From Bacteroidota bacterium (GTDB lineage: Bacteria; Bacteroidota; Bacteroidia; B-17B0; Aurantibacillaceae): DNA of 64,000 bases. Below, in pieces: positions 33,501 to 40,571 of the stretch (position 1 is its first letter; every line of letters begins with the position of its first letter). The position numbers and the translations under genes were made by a program. Under the pieces are notes generated by a model. That model was not told the origin of the DNA. It saw only the letters and a list, made by a program, of their open reading frames with translations, and did no database searches. Location: assembly GCA_033763945.1 (NCBI GenBank), contig JANRJN010000018.1, positions 112,475 through 176,474 of the forward strand. The letters run 5' to 3'.

Positions 33501-33869
33501 AATGTAGGTGTGTATCACGTAACCTTGCAATCTACCAGTTCAACTTTTTGCAGTGATAGTTCTTCACGCCAAATTGTTGTATTAGGCGCGCCGGTAGGTA
33601 TACATTCATTAAACATTGGTAATTTAATTAGCTTGCAAAACCATAATTTTAATGATTACAGTTTAAACTTTAAATTAAGTGAAAACGATAATGTAACATT
33701 AGTACTTACAGATATAAACGGAAAAATGGTATTAAATAAAACACAGAAAAATATTTCAGTAAATGAAATACCAGTTTCATTAAAGGATGTTGATGCTGGT
33801 GTTTATTTATTAACTGTAAAACTCGAGGCTAAACAAGAAACTAAAGTATTTAAGCTAATAAAATACTAA
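27591..33869 (+). CDS. Giant T9SS-secreted adhesin-like protein (2092 aa)
   Basis: Signal peptide and a Ser/Thr/Asn/Gly-rich beta-repeat body. It has autotransporter-associated beta-strand (PATR-like) repeats (KSGTSTLTLNGNGYAFSGGLYANAGELKFN), Ig-like repeats (YVWAGPNSFTA...GIYTVTASN) and a PKD domain (NYFWNFGDGNSS...GVYHVTLQ). The type A sorting tail is GVYLLTVKLEAKQETKVFKLIKY. Confidence 0.8.
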   Translation: MEQKSLYLKNQFLKVFIIVFSVLTFVNQASSQTTIVNYDFNSGASYAALTPTLASGISCSASSSEAFATFVGTASGGGAFSSNPTAGNAVAMNNSSGTNTRFFQFSLTGASLVNYKTFKIYFQAQRSGTGAQTITVQYSLNGGSYTAFTTNTMAPGNGSFNQATINLPIAVDNPTTSLAFRLFASGASGTGTLRIDNFQVQGANAPPSSTVLITAQDPNTPSSVNWALGSSDNQFYWAAITPSVTAATLNSVTANMTGSYLAADIGTNGFKLYYSSDFTFVPGGDVLLGQQSSSTGNGETISWTGLTQNFAAGSTGYIYATADITSTATVGNTLAGGFTGDANIVFSPTVTYSTSNSYGATTNKVFAMLPTNPSTFSVSCSSEANIKVAMNAPTSGTVLVFANTGTTFTAPTGSGTSFTGANNNFALATNYAAVGGRLVYSGAGSNFTVTGLTSGQTYSLIAYSYSGSNWSSGTAVITGTAITQPVTATVVTPNSGQLQLSWTNPSSTACNNNVIVIARQGSPVETAISKTNFDGLLSDADFTGANTTWTLNSNTNDVFDLTFSLIGTDNTNFLVYKGTGNSVTIDGLTNGTPYFFRIFTVDGVGSAAKWSAAVDANGTPDAPGYYWNGGSISSIPAAGGTATWGLANAWRQPGPSGSQATWTDGNAAIFSGTAGVVTLDASRSATGYSFNTSSYTLQTTSSTAVNLTGPISIATNLGLVLAPNFPSTTFGTIGVGTINGSGTASVTIYGNPSSSIENNRINLASANSTINVPTNILTTSGIGMAGYVSTSVGGVINGNITNNSGLRTMIGATSGNDLTVNGTISGSSGLQISAGASGGAGRIIFNSNSNYAGQTVFNAANSGTIVLGTNNAFPNLTNLTMAFSSSNGGIFDLNGFNQTIGNIANNSGGGSITNNNSTNNSTLTITQSTLGTFARPITDGSFRKLAISKSGTSTLTLNGNGYAFSGGLYANAGELKFNPSSSAYTLSSCPVILNGGAFATSGISASSVASFSTMGLTNNSEIKLESVNSHTLSFATSSTVIWTASRTLTITGWQGTYSTSAGSPGTVGRIFVGTSTVGLTSTQLDQIRFFDGTNYFGAILLSDGELVPRCSASVTAVSSNTPCENSALNLNVTTTVLPSTPSFSLSYVWAGPNSFTAAIQNPTIASLPFSGAGIYTVTASNMCSSTTSTLNVTVIQNPTIVPISSFSVCGGKNVTAINFTTNPVGQNTSWFNTNTAIGLSASGSGNLPSFTSSVVTTPQVGVIQVTPFTGGCIGASMNFNITVNGPQASTIWTGAVSSSFFDPDNWTNCVCGATTDATIAAVTSPSFNPIITSTANVNSLTIDPSASLSISTNQTLNVNGNWTNDGSFDAQNGLVNFMGTSAQIINGASTNTFNDLTLNNTSGLTLSSNTNVRGTLLLTNGTFNTNNQLTLYADATASGRIGQISSGADIIGNVNVQQYAQPGATGWAFLGSPVLSGLTMNDWEDNFAITCPACTYSTVGGVPFTSIYSYDETVAATSYSDAAKYIAINASTDPINHGVGYWVWLGDGNTNGIMFDTQGPIAKSNCSSCGSSTVSIPITKSTNNGGGNDGWNLISNPLPSPISFSLLINNDPNVNPTLYAYNTDLNSGNGAMATYVPATGISAPSIGSGGIGDAIPMCQGFYVEATNNTTLLAGENIKIASNQSFLKSAATNTLPLLRLFMNSTAGKHDEIALCFVNGATAGFDAVYDARKFISDATYPSLAAMSGTNQLNITALPSLLNVPNQSVPLNAISPNTSVFTFSLSQENFTDGICVELIDNLTNTTTNILTTPYTCTLYDTTTFNRFTLNFKTQPLPGIANVNQPSCVLPNSGSIVASGSAGAPWNYVWKNSSNVIVKTSLNVSGADSLVSLNGGTYFVSVNSVGTCNTFTQSLSVNPVVLPTSQFNASSDTVYLSSGAFVNFTNTSSNATNYFWNFGDGNSSSMINPINSYSNVGVYHVTLQSTSSTFCSDSSSRQIVVLGAPVGIHSLNIGNLISLQNHNFNDYSLNFKLSENDNVTLVLTDINGKMVLNKTQKNISVNEIPVSLKDVDAGVYLLTVKLEAKQETKVFKLIKY

Positions 33870-33884
33870 TATCATTTTCTTGTT

Positions 33885-34064
33885 TTACATTTTTATTTTT
33901 TGGTTCATCTCTAAATAAAGTATGAGAACAGAGTAGGTGTTGCCTATTTTACAAACCGCTTCTTGTAAATCTTTTTCTAAGCAATTTAGTTTTTTTGACC
34001 AATACGATATGCCTTCTTTGCTGGTATCAATTCTGCCATCTTTTAAGTAAGAATTAGTTTGCAT
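33885..34064 (-). CDS. Small DUF3606-like protein (59 aa, below the ORF-track cutoff)
   Basis: My translation of the minus strand is MQTNSYLKDGRIDTSKEGISYWSKKLNCLEKDLQEAVCKIGNTYSVLILYLEMNQKIKM. The segment I..YW.KKL.....L..AV...G resembles DUF3606. Confidence 0.45.
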   Translation of the reverse strand: MQTNSYLKDGRIDTSKEGISYWSKKLNCLEKDLQEAVCKIGNTYSVLILYLEMNQKIKM

Positions 34065-34099
34065 GAAACAAAAGTACGTAACATAAAAGCAAAGAAAAA

Positions 34100-34163
34100 T
34101 ACGTAAAACTACGTGAAAAAAAACAAGTAAATCTACTTGGTTTGACCAAGTAGGTGTACTTGG
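34100..34163 (+). promoter_or_regulatory. Operator-like repeat cluster upstream of the two-component operon
   Basis: CTACGTG (34109), CTACTTGG (34133) and GTACTTGG (34156) are phased 24 and 23 bp apart. A perfect inverted repeat CTACTTGG-tttga-CCAAGTAG lies at 34133-34153. Confidence 0.45.
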
Positions 34164-34314
34164 TTTTGTAAAGTATTTTTTTATTAAGCATCTGATTTTC
34201 AGTGGTATTTGTTGGATGTTGTTGTAAATTCATTTGCTTGACTAAATGAAAAAAGTGACTTTAATATTTAACATTTGTATATTTACCATATTAACCAATT
34301 AAAACAAAAAAACT

Positions 34315-34632
34315 ATGGCATTTACAGGTAATGAAGCAGAAGAGTTTCCGTTGGAAACTGCTGCAGAATGGACAAGAAACTACAGAGAGACAATGAAAGA
34401 AGGCGAACCCAAAGCGCATTTTTTCGGTAGAAACATTATTAACAGGATATTGGAACAACCGGGTTGCATGGGAATACGTATATATTATGCATTAGACGAC
34501 CAAGGTAAAAAACAATTGATTATGGTTGGCGCTGATGAAAATGAAAACGATCTTTTCAATGGTATAATCGCAGAAAAATCGTTTTGGTGTCCTCCTTTTT
34601 GCGATGGAAGCGGAAGCCCTTTAAATTCTTGA
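34315..34632 (+). CDS. Hypothetical protein (first gene of the sensor-regulator operon)
   Basis: 105-aa ORF whose stop abuts the next ORF; no family recognised. Confidence 0.5.
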   Translation: MAFTGNEAEEFPLETAAEWTRNYRETMKEGEPKAHFFGRNIINRILEQPGCMGIRIYYALDDQGKKQLIMVGADENENDLFNGIIAEKSFWCPPFCDGSGSPLNS

Positions 34633-34637
34633 TTTCT

Positions 34638-35282
34638 GTGAAAATACTTTTTGGAATATTAATTGCTCTTTCAGTACTCAGTCCTATCGTTCCAATTTTA
34701 TATTGCATTAAAAAACGTAGTGCCTTTAACAATCAGTTAAAGGCACTGTTTTTGTACATAGTTGTCGCAATAGTTGTTGATGTTTTTTCAGCAGTCTTTA
34801 ATTCATTTAAAATTAATAGATTGCCTTTGCAACTCTGTTTTGATATTTTTGAATTATTAATTATATCCTACTTATATTGGTTACAGTTTAATAATCGAGT
34901 TTTAAAATTTACAATTGTTAGTTTTGTAGGCATTTACCTCATTTCAATTGTTTATTTTTTTCTTACTCATCAAAATATTGAAAATATAATTAATTATGCT
35001 GATGTGATTGAAGCATCTATTATTATCATTTTATCTCTTATTTTCTTTTTTAAAGTATTGGCCGATTTAGAAATTCCTAAGCTTACCGCTTATCCATTTT
35101 TTTGGTTTAACTCCGCCTTTTTGTTGTATTTTGGCACGAGCTTCTTTTTATTTTTATTCAATAATAATTTAAGAAGCTTTAACGAAACAATAGTATTATT
35201 TTTAAACGCTATTCATTTGTTAATGAACATCTGTTTTAATACTATCCTATCTATTGGTCTATGCAAAGTCAAGAAAATATAG
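34638..35282 (+). CDS. Polytopic membrane protein (putative sensor input module)
   Basis: About six TM helices. The track ORF starts at 34584, but the in-frame GTG at 34638 lies just after the upstream stop. The 3' end overlaps the kinase ORF by 22 nt. Confidence 0.5.
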   Translation: MKILFGILIALSVLSPIVPILYCIKKRSAFNNQLKALFLYIVVAIVVDVFSAVFNSFKINRLPLQLCFDIFELLIISYLYWLQFNNRVLKFTIVSFVGIYLISIVYFFLTHQNIENIINYADVIEASIIIILSLIFFFKVLADLEIPKLTAYPFFWFNSAFLLYFGTSFFLFLFNNNLRSFNETIVLFLNAIHLLMNICFNTILSIGLCKVKKI

Positions 35283-36070
35283 CCATATTAATAGTTGTTG
35301 GTTGCTTGGCTATGTTAGTATTAGTTATCGCTATTATTATGTTTGTGGCTATTTACCAACGTAAAATTCTCCTAAAAGAAGCCAAAATAAAGTTAATTGA
35401 GAGCGAAAAACAAATTGATTTATTTAAAGCATCGGTGCAAGCCGAGGAGCAGCAAAAAGAAAAAATAGCAAATAATTTACACGACGAAATTAATCCTCTG
35501 CTAACCTTGCTAAAACAAAACTTAAGCAAACACCGTCTTCAAGCTCAAAAAAACACATTTGATCCCGACACCTTAAAGGCTGATTCCGAAATTATTGATA
35601 AAGCTATAGAAGGTATACGCACCACATGTATGGATTTAATTCCCTCTTTTTTATTTGAGTTTGGTTTTTTAAAAAGTATTGAAGATTACATTTATACACA
35701 TAAACAACACGAAAATTATTCGGTTGAAATTGAAAATAATACACAACCGCAGGATATAAATGTGTTTGATAAACAAACGCAATTGGCTATTTACAGAGTG
35801 TGTTTAGAGATATTAAATAATATTTTTAAACATTCGGCATGTAAACATTTTAAAATGAGTGTTCAAAAAAATGCTGAGGTTCTTATTTTAGAATTTTCTC
35901 ACGACGGTAAAGGTGTTACAAACGAAGATATTGAAATATACACCGAAAAATCGAAAGGCTTAGGTTTAAAATCGCTTAAAGCACGTGCCCTTATTTTAAA
36001 TGCAAAAATTGATTATCTTTTATCTCAAAATAATGCAAGTGTTAAACTAATTATTCCCTACACAGTATGA
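35261..36070 (+). CDS. Sensor histidine kinase (HisKA_3 / NarX-DesK type)
   Basis: One TM helix, a coiled coil, an H-box (NNLHDEINPLLTLLK) and an HATPase_c region (EILNNIFKHS...GLGLKSLKARA). Confidence 0.8.
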   Translation: MQSQENIAILIVVGCLAMLVLVIAIIMFVAIYQRKILLKEAKIKLIESEKQIDLFKASVQAEEQQKEKIANNLHDEINPLLTLLKQNLSKHRLQAQKNTFDPDTLKADSEIIDKAIEGIRTTCMDLIPSFLFEFGFLKSIEDYIYTHKQHENYSVEIENNTQPQDINVFDKQTQLAIYRVCLEILNNIFKHSACKHFKMSVQKNAEVLILEFSHDGKGVTNEDIEIYTEKSKGLGLKSLKARALILNAKIDYLLSQNNASVKLIIPYTV

Positions 36071-36717
36071 ACAAACAAATAAAAATTGGTATCGCCGACG
36101 ACCATTTGGTATTGCGTCAAGGATTTATTTCATTATTAAAAGAATTTGATGAAATGGAAGTTGTAATAGATGTAAGTAATGGAAAAGAATTGCTGGAGGA
36201 ATTAAAAAGAAATAAACCCGACATTATTTTGTTGGACATTGAAATGCCAGTAATGAACGGAAGAGAGGCATTAGAAAAAATTAAAATAAGGTATCCAAAA
36301 ATTAAAGTCATTATTATGAGTATGCATTTTAACGATGCTTACATTATTGAATTTATTAAAAACGGCGCTTGTGCTTTTTTACCAAAAAATTACGATATTG
36401 ATAAGATTGTAGATGCCATACATGCCGTAAAAGCCAACGGCTATTATTACGACAGTAAAGTGTCGGCCGCTATGGCAGAATTAATTAAGCGCAATCCAAT
36501 GCCTGAAGATGTTGTAACAGCTGCCAGCTTATTAACGCAACGCGAATTGGATATTATACGTTTAATGTGTCTTAAAAAAAGTACTACCGAAGTGGCTGAG
36601 GTACTCTACTTAAGTCCCAGAACAGTTGAGGGGCATCGCTTAAATATTTACAAAAAATTAAATATTAATAAGAATACAGACTTAATTGAATATGCCTTAT
36701 CAAACAAACTGGTTTGA
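36067..36717 (+). CDS. Response regulator, NarL/FixJ (LuxR-type HTH) family
   Basis: REC domain (IGIADDH...PDIILLDIEMPVMNG...IIMSMH) and a GerE/LuxR HTH (LTQRELDIIRLMCLKKSTTEVAEVLYLSPRTVEGHRLNIYKKL). ATGA overlap with the kinase gene. Confidence 0.9.
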   Translation: MNKQIKIGIADDHLVLRQGFISLLKEFDEMEVVIDVSNGKELLEELKRNKPDIILLDIEMPVMNGREALEKIKIRYPKIKVIIMSMHFNDAYIIEFIKNGACAFLPKNYDIDKIVDAIHAVKANGYYYDSKVSAAMAELIKRNPMPEDVVTAASLLTQRELDIIRLMCLKKSTTEVAEVLYLSPRTVEGHRLNIYKKLNINKNTDLIEYALSNKLV

Positions 36718-36755
36718 TTTATTTTTTTCTTTTGGTTTTAAGTAATCATAAATTT

Positions 36756-36810
36756 TTACGTGGTAAAAATCAAAAAAACTACTTGCTAAAAATCGAGTAG
36801 ATCTACGTAT
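36756..36810 (+). promoter_or_regulatory. Phased triple 8-mer operator/promoter element
   Basis: TTACGTGG (36756), CTACTTGC (36779) and CTACGTAT (36803) are spaced 23 and 24 bp. The sequence is about 85% identical to 37565-37612. The last repeat lies 112 nt before the ATG at 36915. Confidence 0.5.
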
Positions 36811-36914
36811 TTTTTAACTTAAATTTTATTTGTTTTTTTGATGTAGTTGTTTGGTAACAATTATATAACATTGTTTTCTGCAGCCATATGTTCTAAAAAT
36901 AAACAAAAATTAAA

Positions 36915-37475
36915 ATGGATACTATGGAAAATTGGAAAGATTACATTGATGATAAATTTGTTCCGAGGGAGCAATTTATATTTACATCCGAAAAATATTC
37001 AAACTCTTTAACCATTACAGATAAATACTCCCAAACTGTAATTCGTTTTTTTTGGCCGTCAAACAATTGGGCAACAATTGCCAATGTGCAGTTTTTTAAT
37101 TTAAAATCATCTATTGCGTCAGTCGAATTTAAGGAAATAACTTTTTCATTTAAAGACATTTCTGCCCTTGATAGGCATTTGCAACCCATATTTGAAAAAG
37201 ATTGGATAATTGAGCATACTTATTTTTTTGGTAAACTATGGAAATCTAAGACTATTTTAAATACACAACCACGTAAAACAAAAATCACCCAATACACTTC
37301 TGAGTTTAGTTTTGTAAGTCTATTACTGTTCTCTGTTTATGAACCTTTTGCAGGTTTAATTGGTCAAAAAAAGAGGCTCCGTATTCAGGCAATTAAAGCA
37401 GGTAATTGTATTAAAAAACAAGTTTTAAAAGAAGTTGTGCCAATGGAGTTTACCTCCGATTTAATTCACGCTTAA
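36915..37475 (+). CDS. Hypothetical protein
   Basis: 186-aa ORF behind its own copy of the triple-repeat element; no family recognised. Confidence 0.5.
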   Translation: MDTMENWKDYIDDKFVPREQFIFTSEKYSNSLTITDKYSQTVIRFFWPSNNWATIANVQFFNLKSSIASVEFKEITFSFKDISALDRHLQPIFEKDWIIEHTYFFGKLWKSKTILNTQPRKTKITQYTSEFSFVSLLLFSVYEPFAGLIGQKKRLRIQAIKAGNCIKKQVLKEVVPMEFTSDLIHA

Positions 37476-37557
37476 AAATTATTTGACATTAACTAGTTTA
37501 TCTAAATGCACTGAAGTAAAAAATTGTACCTAAGACTTAACGTTAATTTTACTTTTC

Positions 37558-37642
37558 CTACTTGCTTAAAAATCAAAAAACTACTTAGTAAAAATCAGGT
37601 AGCTCTACGTATTTACTTTTTTAAAACTAAAACTTATGTTTG
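37558..37642 (+). promoter_or_regulatory. Phased triple 8-mer element plus -7 box (TATGTTTG)
   Basis: CTACTTGC (37558), CTACTTAG (37581) and CTACGTAT (37605) are spaced 23 and 24 bp. TATGTTTG at 37635-37642 matches the Bacteroidota -7 consensus TAnnTTTG, exactly 30 nt after the third repeat. Confidence 0.5.
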
Positions 37643-37681
37643 AATCAGAAGTTTAAATACGAAAAATTAATTTTTAATAAC

Positions 37682-38164
37682 ATGGAAACACTTATTAAAC
37701 AAGAGAAAAAAACTAACTACGATCTTCATTCTTATTTTTTGCAGCAAGGTTTAAGTATTAGTGTTTTAAACGAATTATTAGATAGTAACACACACATGGT
37801 TAATATTAATAAACGTTTTTCAACTATTTTCGAAATGGTTTTGTATGGTTTGGTTGTAGCCACTTTTGCATTTGCCATTTATCTTCCCAACGAAATAATA
37901 ACAAATTTTCCATTAGGTAAAAGTTTTGGTTTTGATATTGGTTTTAAAAATGAGGCCTTGGCACAAACTCTATTTTTTGTAAAAGTAGCTTTCGTTATTT
38001 TAGCTTTTCCCATTTTAGCATTTGCTTTAGTATTACGACGTAGTCGCAAAAAAAGTGCAATTATCTATCAGGCTTATATCGAAACTGAACGGATGCATAC
38101 AGCTTTTTACAAAGCCATTGATGAATTTAAACTTCAAAAATTAGAAACTTCTTCTTACGAATAA
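37682..38164 (+). CDS. 2-TM membrane protein (paralog of 53484-53930)
   Basis: The start is moved to the ATG at 37682 because the TTG at 37640 sits inside the predicted -7 box. Two TM helices. Similar to the 53484 protein across its length, for example SYFLQQGLSIS vs TYFLKQGQSIS and LVLRRSRKKSAIIYQAY vs IVLMRNRKKNNLIHKVF. Confidence 0.55.
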   Translation: METLIKQEKKTNYDLHSYFLQQGLSISVLNELLDSNTHMVNINKRFSTIFEMVLYGLVVATFAFAIYLPNEIITNFPLGKSFGFDIGFKNEALAQTLFFVKVAFVILAFPILAFALVLRRSRKKSAIIYQAYIETERMHTAFYKAIDEFKLQKLETSSYE

Positions 38165-38179
38165 TTAAAAATAACTGTT

Positions 38180-38443
38180 ATGAAAAGCACTTTAAATGAT
38201 AAACAGCGGGATACATTAAACATGTTGCCGTATTTAAACAAACGGAAAGCTTCTTCTATATCGCATTATAAAATTGGCTTCGATTACATTATTGTGCGAT
38301 TTGCAGATGGACAAGAACTTAAATACAGTTACACGGGTAAAGCCGGAAAATACCATGTTGATAATATGAAAGGGCATGCGGCAAACGGTTTTGGATTAGC
38401 AGATTACATAATTAAAAACACAAAATTTTTACATGATGAATAG
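38180..38443 (+). CDS. Small protein, possibly KTSC-domain-like
   Basis: SSISHYKIGFDYIIVRFADGQELKYSYTG...GFGLADYIIKN resembles the KTSC pattern (sS.I..vgYd...L.V.F..G..Y.Y). This is a weak call made by eye. Confidence 0.35.
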   Translation: MKSTLNDKQRDTLNMLPYLNKRKASSISHYKIGFDYIIVRFADGQELKYSYTGKAGKYHVDNMKGHAANGFGLADYIIKNTKFLHDE

Positions 38444-38465
38444 AAGGATTAAATATTTTAAAAAT

Positions 38466-40004
38466 ATGAAAAAAATAGCAACTGCATTTATAGTTGTATT
38501 AATAATTAGCTTCATTGGTTGTAATAACAATAAAACTAAAGAAGACGAAACGAATAACACTTCGGTTTCATCTCCCTCTTGGCCGGGCTATCAACCAATA
38601 CCTTCCGGCTTCGATTATCCGGCAAACAGCACAACGCTTAACGCGGCGGTTGCTAATGCAAATATAGCTGTCATTCGTAACCATGCGTGGGCTTTGTTTG
38701 CCGGTATGATGCAGCCAGCCTCCAACAATGTAGGATGGCCGGTTTGGTACACTTGGCCTAATTCGGTAGATGCCATGCGCATAAAGCAAAAATTTTGTCA
38801 GGGTGATACAGGTACAATGCTGTTGATGCAAAAAATAAAAAACGTGTCCTTAATTCAACAAAATAAAATTCATATTACCGGAGGCGATACCATACTTGAT
38901 ACACTTCACACACCTTCCTATCCCATCCCACAACCCGTTATTAATCAGTTTAAAAATTTAAATGTATTTACCAATAATTACACCAACATTATTCCGGGTA
39001 AACATTTTTTATTTAATGGAGACATTATGATCCCTACAGAATCTATAAGCAACGATGGTTATAATTGGATTAACACCAACCGCTTTTATAATTCGGACGT
39101 AATGGATTCTTTGTTTAAAGTAAATAAGGGTAAAAATTTAAACGCCCCACCAACTTACATTATTACCAAGCATATGTATTGGCCGGTGCTTAAAGGACAA
39201 TTAAATTTAGTGCCGGTTTGGAACCGCTCCGCGTTTTCGCCAAGTTATGCTGGTTATGCCGGTTATGAAACATGGAAAAGTTTTGTGGCCATCGACCCTG
39301 GTCGCACATCGCAGGTCGTTCCTTCAAAACTCTCGTATTTATATGGCGTAAATAATTGGGAGAATAAGGCGCCTATTGGTCCCATAACTGTTAGTTTGCC
39401 AAGGGTATATAGCATTAATGATTTTTACCACCATCAAATTACACAAGACGATTGGAATGCATTTGATGCAAGCGACAAAGCCATATTAATGGCAGCCAGC
39501 TATTGGGCGTACAACAAACCTATTGGCGTTGGCGATTATTTAGTCACCATTGCTTCGCACATTAATACCAAAGAAATTTATAGCTGGACCATGCAAAGCG
39601 CTTGGTGGAGCGATAATCCGGATAGTGGCCCTTATTCTTTAAACCGTCCTAATTTACCTAATGCAAAAGGTCCTTGGAAACATTACGAATTGGTAGACGC
39701 CTACGGTGTGCCTGTAAACAATGCACAACAATTACCGGCAGCCAGTAATCCTTACATTGAGTTGGTAATACATCCTATACAAACCAATTGCAACAACTGC
39801 CACATGCGTGCAGGATATCCTACAGCACAAGTGCTAAGCAATGGTGCATCCTACCAAAACCCAACCTGTAAAGATTTGTTGCTAAAACTTACAGATAAAT
39901 CTTCTTGTTTATCGTATTACATGCGCACGGATTTTCAGTGGATATTACCAGACTACACGCACAAACAATTGTTGTGTAACGAAAAACCGACCGAAACGAA
40001 GTAG
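38466..40004 (+). CDS. Lipoprotein with a single C-terminal CXXCH motif
   Basis: The ATG at 38466 gives a lipobox (VLIISFIGCNNN). It is Trp/Tyr/Pro/Asn-rich, and NCNNCHMRAG near the C-terminus contains CNNCH. Confidence 0.5.
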   Translation: MKKIATAFIVVLIISFIGCNNNKTKEDETNNTSVSSPSWPGYQPIPSGFDYPANSTTLNAAVANANIAVIRNHAWALFAGMMQPASNNVGWPVWYTWPNSVDAMRIKQKFCQGDTGTMLLMQKIKNVSLIQQNKIHITGGDTILDTLHTPSYPIPQPVINQFKNLNVFTNNYTNIIPGKHFLFNGDIMIPTESISNDGYNWINTNRFYNSDVMDSLFKVNKGKNLNAPPTYIITKHMYWPVLKGQLNLVPVWNRSAFSPSYAGYAGYETWKSFVAIDPGRTSQVVPSKLSYLYGVNNWENKAPIGPITVSLPRVYSINDFYHHQITQDDWNAFDASDKAILMAASYWAYNKPIGVGDYLVTIASHINTKEIYSWTMQSAWWSDNPDSGPYSLNRPNLPNAKGPWKHYELVDAYGVPVNNAQQLPAASNPYIELVIHPIQTNCNNCHMRAGYPTAQVLSNGASYQNPTCKDLLLKLTDKSSCLSYYMRTDFQWILPDYTHKQLLCNEKPTETK

Positions 40005-40073
40005 GATTATACAAAACAGCAGATTAGTTACGGTAGCGAACGTTAAATAAAAAAATTAATTTTTAATTTTATT

Positions 40074-40568
40074 ATGGTAAAAAAATACAAGCTCTTTTTT
40101 TGTTTTACATTAATTTATTTTTCCGGTGTGTCTCAAAATGTGCAATTAGTGTACAATGGTACAAAAAAAGAAATACTGGATGCAGTAGCCGAAGCCAACA
40201 AATTATTATCAAATCCGGCATTTTATAAATCGGTAAATGCCATTCAAACCTTTGATAATACCAATTATTCAGGTGCCAAGATTGTAATGGAAATGAACGC
40301 TATTAAAACCATTCACGTAACAGAATATTACAAGAGGTTTAGCAAAACCAATGCAAAAACACAAACCGAAATACGCATCAACACGGCTCGCCTTAACCGA
40401 CATTTATCGTCTATTGTCAATACGTTAATTCACGAAACCATTCACGCTGTAGATTGGCTAAGCAACAGCAAATGGGATTACACACACAAAAGTCAAAAAG
40501 AAGAAATTCCGCCAATTTCAGCGCCTTACATGATTGGTGCCATTGCCGAAAAAATGATTTTACCTTAA
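40074..40568 (+). CDS. Small secreted HExxH-motif (zincin-like) protein
   Basis: Signal peptide (LFFCFTLIYFSGVSQ) and an HETIH motif in NTLIHETIHAVDW. The stop lies 3 nt before the lipase gene. Confidence 0.45.
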   Translation: MVKKYKLFFCFTLIYFSGVSQNVQLVYNGTKKEILDAVAEANKLLSNPAFYKSVNAIQTFDNTNYSGAKIVMEMNAIKTIHVTEYYKRFSKTNAKTQTEIRINTARLNRHLSSIVNTLIHETIHAVDWLSNSKWDYTHKSQKEEIPPISAPYMIGAIAEKMILP

Positions 40569-40571
40569 GAT

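Noticed and set aside
33931-33939. GAGTAGGTG identical to the 3' end of leader-motif copy 3
   Set aside because: It is an isolated 9-mer inside the minus-strand small ORF without the rest of the motif, so it is probably chance.
39985-40045. Degenerate leader-motif-like sequence (GACCGAAACGAAGTAGGATTA, then ACGGTAGCGAACGTTAAAT) at the end of the lipoprotein gene
   Set aside because: Only partial matches, and part of it lies inside coding sequence. It is too degenerate to count as a copy.
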